This document shows, in pieces, positions 35,630 to 43,985 of a stretch of 64,000 bases of DNA; position 1 is the stretch's first letter; the number at the start of each line of letters is the position of its first letter. The notes under the pieces were generated by a model. The model did not search any database. It was not told the DNA's origin and saw only the letters and a program-made list of their open reading frames with translations. This stretch comes from Firmicutes bacterium ADurb.Bin182 (GTDB lineage Bacteria > Bacillota > Clostridia > Christensenellales > CAG-138), in the NCBI GenBank assembly GCA_002070205.1, contig MWCU01000054.1, positions 11,968-75,967 on the forward strand, read 5' to 3'. A program made the position numbers and the translations under genes.

Positions 35630-36901
35630 TTATTTGGTTATCATCCAGGATTGAATGATATATCCGCCGGCAGCGGCATGCTGGGCTTGTGCGAGCGTAA
35701 TAATTATCCCGCTTACGAACCTCGCATCCTGCGTTCCCGGCGTGCCGAACATGATGTTCCCGGTTAAAACGACCGTGTTGTTTTCCCGCTTCGCGTCGGT
35801 GAATTCAATGCTGAACGGATGGGATACTTCTGAGAGTTCAACCGTATAAAGGCCGTTTTCCTCTTTAACCGAAGGGACGGCGCTGTCGGCGCCCGGGAAT
35901 TGTCCGGCGCTGAAATAGCTTCTGAACAGCTCGTCCATGTCTTCCCGTGTCAGCTGCAGCCGGGTCCCGTATTTTGAGGGCCCCGCGTCTTCGCTCAAAG
36001 TATCCGCGATGAACACGGCTGAAACGAAAGGGGACGGAACCGTGTCGAAGCTCTCGAAATTAACGAGGGTGGCGGCCGCAAGCCTTGAAAACACCGGAAG
36101 CAGTTCCCGATAGGACTCGACGCTGAGCACGTCGCCCACGAATGAAGGATAGATTTCTGTTTCGGAAAGCTCGAATACCTTGAATCCTTCGCCCGCTTCA
36201 TAAAGGACGCCGGGATCAAAGAATACCGCATAGCCTGTTTCGGTCAAATAAAAGCCGTTGTAAATGTCGAGCGCCTGAAGCACGGTGTCCCTTGTGATGC
36301 CGCCGAACGCGTTCATGCGGTTCCATATCAGCTGGGCTACAAGCACGTCCGCGTCATATATGCCGGTGATTTTTGCAAGCGACATCTCGTCGCCGTCGGG
36401 CGAAAGCACGAGAGCGTATTTATGATGAAGGGTTTGCGCGCCCTTTCTCGTTTCCTCCGTGAAAATGATATTTGTATAGTCTGTAACTTTTGTAACCTCC
36501 ACATTTACATAAGTGGTGAGCTGCTCGCCGGATCCTTCGCCCGGCTGCTCGGTGATCCTCGCTATAAGCTCCTCCTCATACAGGGCGACGTTCGCGTTAA
36601 AAGCGTCCGCCGCGTCGTTCTGCTCTGAAAAGACGGGAAGAGCATATATAAGGACATGTTCCGCGTTGCTTATATCGCTTCCGTCCGGAAAGCAAAGAAG
36701 ATGGGTTTCAACTGTATAAGTCCCGTCAGAGCTTACTACAGGCTCGGGTATCAAAGGCTCGTCCGGAGTTTCCGTCTCATATGGCGTTCCGGCGGGAACG
36801 GGAGAAGGCGATTCGAAAGGGCCGGGAACGGCTCCGGGATCGCACGCCAAAAGCAAAAACACTATTGCGGTAATTATGAAAATCAGCGTGATTTTACGCA
36901 T
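35630..36901 (-). CDS. hypothetical lipoprotein
   Basis: ATG 36901 behind AGGGAGG. Lipobox LLLAC. No confident family, though it may be DUF3298/RsiV-like. Confidence 0.6.
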   Translation of the reverse strand: MRKITLIFIITAIVFLLLACDPGAVPGPFESPSPVPAGTPYETETPDEPLIPEPVVSSDGTYTVETHLLCFPDGSDISNAEHVLIYALPVFSEQNDAADAFNANVALYEEELIARITEQPGEGSGEQLTTYVNVEVTKVTDYTNIIFTEETRKGAQTLHHKYALVLSPDGDEMSLAKITGIYDADVLVAQLIWNRMNAFGGITRDTVLQALDIYNGFYLTETGYAVFFDPGVLYEAGEGFKVFELSETEIYPSFVGDVLSVESYRELLPVFSRLAAATLVNFESFDTVPSPFVSAVFIADTLSEDAGPSKYGTRLQLTREDMDELFRSYFSAGQFPGADSAVPSVKEENGLYTVELSEVSHPFSIEFTDAKRENNTVVLTGNIMFGTPGTQDARFVSGIIITLAQAQHAAAGGYIIQSWMITK

Positions 36902-36993
36902 ATATGCCTCCCTTAGGATATTCGTACATATTATAATAACACCTATCATTGCGCGCTACAAATAAATTAACGGTGAACAGCTTCGCTCAGAGT

Positions 36994-37010
36994 AGTTATA
37001 AGTAATAAGT
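36994..37010 (+). repeat. 17-bp direct repeat at the left edge of the RHS cassette island
   Basis: AGTTATAAGTAATAAGT here versus AGTTATCAGTAATAAGT at 41866-41882. Confidence 0.8.
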
Positions 37011-38013
37011 ACTAATCACATGGGAAAAGACCGGCTCCGATGATCCGATCTATTACCTATACGACGCGAACGGGAACCTCTGGGGTCTGAAATACGATGG
37101 CAGCACGTACTTCTATATCCGAAACGCCCAAAACGATATCACCGGAATAGTTGATTCGACCGGCGCTGTTGTGGTAACGTATAGCTATGATGCGTGGGGC
37201 AAGCTGCTTGACGTATCCGGCACTAAGGCAGCTACATTAGGGCAGGATAATCCGTTCCGTTACAGAGGGTATTATTACGATACGGAGACGGGACTGTATT
37301 ATCTGCAGAGCAGGTATTATAACCCGGAGTGGTGCAGGTTTATTAATGCGGATGTCTACGTTTCCACCGGGCAGGGGTTGTTGGCAAGCAATATGTTTGC
37401 GTATTGCGCGAATAATCCGGTATTGCTAAAAGATCCAAGCGGGTTTGCCTACGTTATAGGTGATGATGAACATGGTAGGCCAATACTGTATTTTCCCCCA
37501 AAATCTTCACCTTCTAAAACAAATTCTGAAAGAGTAATTGATACAGTAAAGAATTCATCAACATATAAGAAAAATTCATCGGATATTTCTACTATTGTTC
37601 AAAGAAGTGGTGGAACGATAATAGATGATTCAAGAATCGAAATAAACAACATAAGAACATCATTTGTATCAGACAAAATTGCATATAACACATATATTAA
37701 AAACTGCATAGCTGAGACAGGTAATATAAACAGAGGAAAGAGTATATTGGCTGCAGCATTAGGGATGGTACCAGGTATGGGTGAAGTAGCTACTGTAATT
37801 GATTATGTAACAGGTTTTGACACTGAAATTAACGGAGATTATTATGATACATTAGGAGGTAACTATGTATTCGCGGATGTTACTTATATAGTAGATTTTG
37901 ATTTTCGAGGAATCGGTGAAGGAAAGAAGATCACATATTATGGTAGTGTTGTTGTTGGTCCGTCAATTGATAATCCCTTAAATAGTGTTTCTTGGTATGG
38001 TTGGAAAGATTGA
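37009..38013 (+). CDS. orphan RHS-core tail + DPSGF junction + ~190-aa unknown C-terminal toxin domain (no ATG/RBS)
   Basis: The frame opens at 37009 right after a stop. Reads ...YDAWGKLL..DNPFRYRGYYYDTETGLYYLQSRYYNPEWCRFINADVY...NNPVLLKDPSGF. The only listed start is GTG 37171. Confidence 0.75.
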   Translation, partial: VLITWEKTGSDDPIYYLYDANGNLWGLKYDGSTYFYIRNAQNDITGIVDSTGAVVVTYSYDAWGKLLDVSGTKAATLGQDNPFRYRGYYYDTETGLYYLQSRYYNPEWCRFINADVYVSTGQGLLASNMFAYCANNPVLLKDPSGFAYVIGDDEHGRPILYFPPKSSPSKTNSERVIDTVKNSSTYKKNSSDISTIVQRSGGTIIDDSRIEINNIRTSFVSDKIAYNTYIKNCIAETGNINRGKSILAAALGMVPGMGEVATVIDYVTGFDTEINGDYYDTLGGNYVFADVTYIVDFDFRGIGEGKKITYYGSVVVGPSIDNPLNSVSWYGWKD

Positions 38014-38033
38014 TAGAATTGGAGATTTTTATA

Positions 38034-38984
38034 ATGGAAACATTGAAAAGAACTCTAGTATGCGCATTGCTGATTATTATAATGATTTTGACTGGTTGCA
38101 GACCAAACAATAAATCGGATTACAATAGAAATTCTTTAGTTGCCGCATTGAATTTAGACTGCCAAGTAAGTATTAACAATGACGGTGCGGTTAACGTGAT
38201 AGATAAAACTCGAGGTAGTGGCTTTGATTTCAGCGACTGGCAGGACATAAAGAGCGTTTCAGCAAGCGAAGTTCAATTAGGTGCAATAAAAGTAGATGGT
38301 TCGGTGGTTATGACAGGCTATCCTGGTTTTGTTATGGACTTGACCGATTGGAAGGATATTGATATGTTGGAATTTACCGATTTTGCAGCATATGGACTGA
38401 AAGAAGACGGAACAATAATTTTTCAAAACGTGGATGATTCTCAGGTAGATGAAACTGTCAATGAAACGGTGAAGGTATGGAGAGATATCAGTTACATTGA
38501 TACTGGATTTCAAGCTATTGTTGGTGTTACGAAAAACGGTAAGGTCGTTGCATCGGTTCCTCAATTTCCGGATTTAGAAAAGAGAGTGAATCAATGGGAA
38601 GATATTAAAATGGTTAGCATATCTAATAACTTCTTTGGAAGAGCCAGGATAGTCGCAGTAAAAAACAACGGAGAAATCGTTGAAGAAAGGTATGAAGAAT
38701 CTGAAATCATTAAATACGATTTAGAGTCTTATGAAGATCTAAAAGGTGCTGTGAAAATCTGTGCAGGAGATTATTTTACCGCTGGATTAATGCCTGATGG
38801 GACATTAAAAGTAAGATGTGGCCTTGATTATGATAAGCGGCTTATGTCAGAAGTAGAAGGAGAATTTTTAGATCTAAGAAATCTAGATAATACCAAGGAC
38901 GTGGCAGACATAAACAGCTTTGAGGATATTCTCGTTGTTTTGAAAAATGATGGTACAATTTTGGTTGGTGGTTTTGAAGATTAG
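38034..38984 (+). CDS. lipoprotein with beta-propeller-like DG(T/S)hh repeats; putative immunity protein 1
   Basis: GGAGA RBS. Lipobox MILTGC. Six repeats centred on DGSVVMTG / DGTIIFQ / NGKVVAS / NGEIVEE / DGTLKVR / DGTILVGG. AT-rich. Confidence 0.6.
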   Translation: METLKRTLVCALLIIIMILTGCRPNNKSDYNRNSLVAALNLDCQVSINNDGAVNVIDKTRGSGFDFSDWQDIKSVSASEVQLGAIKVDGSVVMTGYPGFVMDLTDWKDIDMLEFTDFAAYGLKEDGTIIFQNVDDSQVDETVNETVKVWRDISYIDTGFQAIVGVTKNGKVVASVPQFPDLEKRVNQWEDIKMVSISNNFFGRARIVAVKNNGEIVEERYEESEIIKYDLESYEDLKGAVKICAGDYFTAGLMPDGTLKVRCGLDYDKRLMSEVEGEFLDLRNLDNTKDVADINSFEDILVVLKNDGTILVGGFED

Positions 38985-39025
38985 ACTCTAAGCGTGATTG
39001 TGACATACGATATACGATTGTTACA

Positions 39026-39631
39026 ATGAACTACAACGGCAGCGTGTACTTCTATGTTCGAAACGCGCAGAACGACATCGTAAGCATAGTTGATTCCACC
39101 GGCACTGTTGTGGTAACGTATAGCTATGATGCGTGGGGCAAGCTGTTTGACGTGTCCGGTGCTAAGGCAACTACATTAGGCAAAGACAATCCGTTCCGTT
39201 ACAGAGGGTATTACTTTGATTCGGAAACTGGATTGTATTATCTGCAGAGCAGGTATTATAACCCGGAATGGGGAAGGTTTATCAATGCGGATGTCTACGT
39301 TTCCACGGGACAAGGGTTATTGGCGAGCAATATGTTTGCGTATTGCGCTAATAATCCGGTTATGTTTTCCGATGAACATGGTTATCGTTATGCTATTTCT
39401 GCTGGTATAGGAGGACTTAATGCTGAAGATAGAGCTCGTAAAGAAATGAAGGATCTTCAGTCGCTCAAGGGGATAACTGGTTATGTAAACGATCAAAGAA
39501 AATTACCGGGTCTACAGCTTGGTTCAAAGGGCAATTTACCTAAACATGGGTGTGGGGTTGTTGCTGTACATAACGCCATTGTTTTAACTGGGAAAGAGTC
39601 TAATTTATATGATGTAATATATGTATTTTAA
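39026..39631 (+). CDS. orphan RHS-core tail + DEHGY junction + N-terminal part of a Cys-containing toxin domain
   Basis: Same core tail as 37009-37446. After the junction only 83 aa remain, containing Q...KHGCGVVAVHNAI. There is no SD before ATG 39026. Confidence 0.7.
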   Translation: MNYNGSVYFYVRNAQNDIVSIVDSTGTVVVTYSYDAWGKLFDVSGAKATTLGKDNPFRYRGYYFDSETGLYYLQSRYYNPEWGRFINADVYVSTGQGLLASNMFAYCANNPVMFSDEHGYRYAISAGIGGLNAEDRARKEMKDLQSLKGITGYVNDQRKLPGLQLGSKGNLPKHGCGVVAVHNAIVLTGKESNLYDVIYVF

Positions 39632-39944
39632 TGATGATTCAAATATAATTAAAAGAACTTTTGTAAATCCGATAGCGATTATGAAATATCTAAATAATCA
39701 AGGTTTAAATACATCGATTAATTGGTTCGATAATAAAGTATTAGATTCTGATGCATGTATTGTTATTTATAAATGGGAAATAAATGATAAATGGGATTTA
39801 CATTACCAGACTATAGCAAAAGTAAATTTCGGCGATGCAAATACTTATATAGCATTTAGTAAAACTGGTTTTTATACAAATCCCCAAGATTATATAAAGG
39901 AAAACGCTATAACAGAAATGTATGGGATTATTGGTATAAATTGA
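39621..39944 (+). CDS. 107-aa protein: either a small immunity protein or the frameshifted C-terminal half of toxin 2
   Basis: Overlaps the previous ORF by 11 nt in another frame. Contains WDLHYQTIAKV, which resembles a papain-fold His motif. Confidence 0.5.
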   Translation: MYFNDDSNIIKRTFVNPIAIMKYLNNQGLNTSINWFDNKVLDSDACIVIYKWEINDKWDLHYQTIAKVNFGDANTYIAFSKTGFYTNPQDYIKENAITEMYGIIGIN

Positions 39945-39957
39945 GGTGAATAGGATT

Positions 39958-41205
39958 ATGGCGCGTAAAATATTTAAATATTTGCTAATACTCATGATAT
40001 TGAATATAGTCGTGGGATGTACCGGTTGTGTACATAGTTATAAAAATTTTGAAGGAAGCCTTACTCGAAAAGTAATGCTAAAACAGAATGTTTACAGCAG
40101 TACCGGACAATTTGCCGCTTTCAATAAAGATCGAATATACTATATTTCACAAGAAGCAGATAATAATGGGATATACAGTATGAAGACTGATGGATCGGAT
40201 ATAAAGTTTGAGTTGGAAACTACAAAAGTCACGAGAATACAAGTTACAGATAACGAAATATATTATGTTGGTGTAAAAGAAGAAAGAGAGAATAAAAACA
40301 GGCTCTATGGACTTTATGAATTCGATAGATCCAATCCTGGTATAAAAAGTGTTAATTATACAGATATTCAAAGCGACGCAACAACAGAAGATGCATTTGT
40401 TTTTGCAAGTGGTACTATCGCAGTTATGGATGAAACAGGACTTTTTAGTACATTGCAACCCTCCACCGGAATTTTTGTTGTATCAAATAATACCAATTAT
40501 AATTTTGTCAAAAGGCCTGCTAAAATATCTGAAGACTTCTTTATTGCGGAATTTCAAGATTTCATTATCGTTAGCAGGTCATATCCTAATGCACATAAAA
40601 GTAAAAATATGATAAATGATTTCGCTAGCAGTCTTGTTGATGTACATAGCGGTGAATACGTAATGGATAATCTTTTTGAAGATGAGTTACGAGTTTTTTA
40701 TTCGGATGAAAAACAAATCATTAGTTCCCTAAATAATGTTTTAATTTTCATAGACCGCGATACACTGACAGAAAACAGAACGATAACTATTGGTAAAACT
40801 AATGAGAATCAGGAAGTAGCATATATTTTTAAAGATGGTGATATTTTATATGTAGTCATGAGAAACGATAATGATAGATATAACAGCAGCCTTTTCAGCG
40901 TGGATATATCTTCCGCGGAAGTAAAAAAGATAACATCGCTTAATGCTGGTAAATTAGTATTAAACATTGATAAAGGCAAGATTTATTGGGTAAAAGGTGC
41001 GAATATTTATTGTAATCTAGTTAATTCGCAGCGGATTGGGGACCGAGTAAGTAAAATTACAATCGATGAAACTATTACAGATAGTGATAATAGCATCGAA
41101 ATCGCCGGTAATTGGCTATTTATTTATAAAAACTCGGACATTAATGAACTTTGTTACAAAATTAACTTGGCGAATCTTCAAGTAATAAAGATTAATCGCC
41201 AATAG
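39958..41205 (+). CDS. DUF5050-like beta-propeller lipoprotein; putative immunity protein 2
   Basis: GAGGTG RBS. Lipobox VVGCTGC. Repeated ..IYY....D.NGIY.M..DGSD.. motifs. Confidence 0.6.
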   Translation: MARKIFKYLLILMILNIVVGCTGCVHSYKNFEGSLTRKVMLKQNVYSSTGQFAAFNKDRIYYISQEADNNGIYSMKTDGSDIKFELETTKVTRIQVTDNEIYYVGVKEERENKNRLYGLYEFDRSNPGIKSVNYTDIQSDATTEDAFVFASGTIAVMDETGLFSTLQPSTGIFVVSNNTNYNFVKRPAKISEDFFIAEFQDFIIVSRSYPNAHKSKNMINDFASSLVDVHSGEYVMDNLFEDELRVFYSDEKQIISSLNNVLIFIDRDTLTENRTITIGKTNENQEVAYIFKDGDILYVVMRNDNDRYNSSLFSVDISSAEVKKITSLNAGKLVLNIDKGKIYWVKGANIYCNLVNSQRIGDRVSKITIDETITDSDNSIEIAGNWLFIYKNSDINELCYKINLANLQVIKINRQ

Positions 41206-41237
41206 TATAAATAGGATAATATCGTTACTAATATATA

Positions 41238-41714
41238 AAACTGCGACAGACGCAGCCATATCGACTACGGAGTACAATATCATCGGTGACCTAATAACGT
41301 GGGAGAAGACCGGCTCCGATGATCCGATCTATTACCTGTACGACGCAAACGGGAATCTTTGGGGACTGAACTATGATGGCGCTGTGTACTTCTATGTTCG
41401 AAACATGCAGAACGATATCATCGGAATAGTTGATTCCGCCGGCGTTGTTGTGGTCGTATCTTTACGACGCATGGGGAAATCTTAGTATTACGGGCACCTT
41501 GGCAACTTCATTAGGGCAGGATAATCCGTTCCGATACAGAGGGTATTATTACGATACGGAGACGGGGCTGTATTATCTGCAGAGCCGGTACTATAACCCC
41601 GAGTGGTACAGGTTTATAAATGCGGATGTGTTCGTTTCCACAGGACAGGGATTGTTAGGTTATCGAGGCCGCGTTCGCTGTTGTGACGCCGATCTCCGCA
41701 CCTGCATCAGTTAA
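41238..41714 (+). pseudogene. third RHS-core tail, frameshifted and truncated
   Basis: Reads ...WEKTGSDDPIYYLYDANG..., then has a deletion where the other copies read VVTYSYDAWG. Homology ends after GQGLLG with no junction motif and no toxin domain. Confidence 0.8.
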
Positions 41715-41838
41715 AATACCGGTCGGCTGGGGTTCACCATCACCGCTGATACAAGCGGCTTCCTCTTTTCTTCCGAACGGCGGGCAAACTCGTTCAGAAG
41801 GTAGTGTTCTGGGACGAAGCCCATATCTTTAACATAAG

Positions 41839-41919
41839 AAAAAATCTGTTGCCGCAGATTTAAACAGTTATCAGTAATAAGTTATAAGTCAAAGAAAAAT
41901 CTGCCGGGCGGCAGATTTT
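41839..41919. repeat. two AAATCTG..CAGATTT hairpins flanking the right-hand 17-mer
   Basis: Hairpins at 41839-41860 and 41895-41919, with the 17-mer at 41866-41882. The second hairpin probably terminates the minus-strand 5'-nucleotidase gene. Confidence 0.7.
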
Positions 41920-41959
41920 CTCATTAACTAAATACTGACTATTGACTACTGAATACTTT

Positions 41960-43489
41960 TTACCCTACCCAGTTTATCCTCGGGGTATCGTCGAATACCG
42001 GGCCGTATGTTTTCAGGTATTCCGCAAGCATTTCGGCGTCGATTCCGTAAAAGCCGGAAAACTCCCTGTCGAGCATGGTGTAGCCGTCGCCGCCCGAACC
42101 CATGAATTCATTTGTAGCGAGTTTATAGGTTTTGCGAAGGTTGACAGGTTCCCCGCCCACCTTCACATCGCTGACCTTCAAAGTGGATTTGTTGAATGTG
42201 AACGTTATGCCCGCAACGTGCGGGAACGCGCCGTTTGCGGCGGGATACTTGCTCGTGCCCCATTCAAGCGCTTTTACGATGTCAGCCCCCGAGAGCTCAA
42301 CTGTAACCACCACATTTCCGAACGGCATTACGCCGAGCAGATCGCCCATCGTTATGCTGCCCGCCTTTATCGTCTGGCGGATATTCCCGCCGTTCCAGAT
42401 CACCGCGTCGGCGCCTGTGAGAGTGAGAAAAGCGTGCGTCGCAAGGTGCCCGAGATTGCTCTCGCCGGCTCTGACAATTTCACGCTCGCCGATAAGGTCT
42501 ACCGGGGTGGAGCAGATCACGGTGTCCGTCAAAGCTCTTTTCTGCTTTAAAAGGTAATCGATGCTGTCCTTGACTTTGGAGGAAACGGGATACTCTTTTG
42601 CCTCTTCGTAATTGTCGAGATGTGCTTCTGTCGTAAACTTCCCGTCATCGAACGTCACGGTGACCTTGCCGACATATTTTGAGTATTCGCCGGCGGAAGC
42701 GATCAGAGTCTTTTTGACCTTTTTGCCGTTCTCCAGCACGGTATGGCTGTGGCCGTCTATTATAAGATCTATTCCGCTCACCTTTTTTGCGATGTATTCG
42801 GTGGTCATGGTCGCGGATTCGTCCAGCCCGACATGCGCGATGCATACGATGTAATCCGCTCCAAGTCTTTTAAGCTCTTTCACCGCCCATTTCGCCATGG
42901 TTCTGGCGTTTTTGAACTCGAGGCCGATCGTGTTGTCGGGATGAGCCATCACCACGGTATCCTGCGTTGTGAGGCCGAAGAAGCCGACCCTCTTCCCGTC
43001 GACATTCCTTATCATATAGGGAGGGAACAAAAACCTGTTCGAATCCTTGACAACTATATTGGCGGACAGGTATTGTCCGAAGCAGTTGTAACTCAGCTCT
43101 TTGAGCCGTTTCCAGTCGTAATTGAATTCGTGGTTTCCCGGCACAAGATAATCGTAGCCGGTTTCATTAAGTACGAACGGCGCGCTTTGACCTTTGCTGA
43201 GGTTCGTTATCAAATCGCCGTGAATGGAATCGCCCGCGTCGATAAGCAGCACGTTTTTGCCTTCGTTTATAAGGCGCTGCTTCTCTCCGGCAACCTTCGC
43301 GAGGCCGATATAGCCCTGGGTCGCATCCTCATAGTAGCGGGAGTGCACGTCGTTCGTGTGCATTATGATGAGTTCCCACTCCGGTTCGGCGGGCGCGCTT
43401 ATAAGGACCGGAGCCTCGGCAGCAGCAGCGGCGATTAAGGAGAAAATCATCATCAAGACCAAAAACAGGGAAAACAGCTTCTTTCTCAT
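41960..43489 (-). CDS. secreted bifunctional metallophosphatase/5'-nucleotidase (UshA-like)
   Basis: Signal peptide. HTNDVHSRY, DAGDSIHG and GNHEFN motifs. C-terminal 5'-nucleotidase domain. Confidence 0.85.
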   Translation of the reverse strand: MRKKLFSLFLVLMMIFSLIAAAAAEAPVLISAPAEPEWELIIMHTNDVHSRYYEDATQGYIGLAKVAGEKQRLINEGKNVLLIDAGDSIHGDLITNLSKGQSAPFVLNETGYDYLVPGNHEFNYDWKRLKELSYNCFGQYLSANIVVKDSNRFLFPPYMIRNVDGKRVGFFGLTTQDTVVMAHPDNTIGLEFKNARTMAKWAVKELKRLGADYIVCIAHVGLDESATMTTEYIAKKVSGIDLIIDGHSHTVLENGKKVKKTLIASAGEYSKYVGKVTVTFDDGKFTTEAHLDNYEEAKEYPVSSKVKDSIDYLLKQKRALTDTVICSTPVDLIGEREIVRAGESNLGHLATHAFLTLTGADAVIWNGGNIRQTIKAGSITMGDLLGVMPFGNVVVTVELSGADIVKALEWGTSKYPAANGAFPHVAGITFTFNKSTLKVSDVKVGGEPVNLRKTYKLATNEFMGSGGDGYTMLDREFSGFYGIDAEMLAEYLKTYGPVFDDTPRINWVG

Positions 43490-43588
43490 ATGTGACCTCC
43501 TCTTGCTTGATTGACCTGTGAGATATCTTTACCTAATTGTATTATAAGCAGGTTCCCATAATGCGGCAATCGGTATGATTGTCATTAA

Positions 43589-43882
43589 GTGTCGAAGAAG
43601 TCTTGACAGACTTCTTCGAGTTTTACACGTTTTGCCTAAAATCGAAGATTTCCGGGCGGCCTGAGCGAATATTTTCGCGGGGAGCTGCAAAATACGATTG
43701 TCTGAAACATAGATTTCAGACTACCTTGTGGATTTCATCCGTTTCACCGCATAATCGCTGATGACGGAACGTATCAGTCGATCATGCCGCTCATGCAAAA
43801 GCAGAGCTTTTGCTGGGCCGGAATGAAAATCAAGGGGCCATGCGGAAATCGAAGATTTCTGCTCAGCCCCTTAATAATCCCC
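43589..43882 (-). repeat. structured dispersed element, copy C (expanded hairpins)
   Basis: The reverse complement carries the same box order as copies A and B. It lies between two divergent promoters. Confidence 0.8.
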
Positions 43883-43985
43883 AAATGAATGATAGGCCTA
43901 AACCGGTTACATGTGATATAATATAAGAATTATGAATAATATCGGCTTGCGCATGTTCGCCCGTCAAATCAAGAAAAGGAGTTTC

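Noticed and set aside
36994-41882. Prophage or integrative element interpretation of the AT-rich island.
   Set aside because: It contains no integrase, recombinase, or phage structural or replication genes. Its content is fully explained by RHS-tail cassettes and lipoprotein genes.
41942-43438. Plus-strand ORFs of 202, 141 and 231 aa.
   Set aside because: They are antisense shadows inside the 5'-nucleotidase gene.
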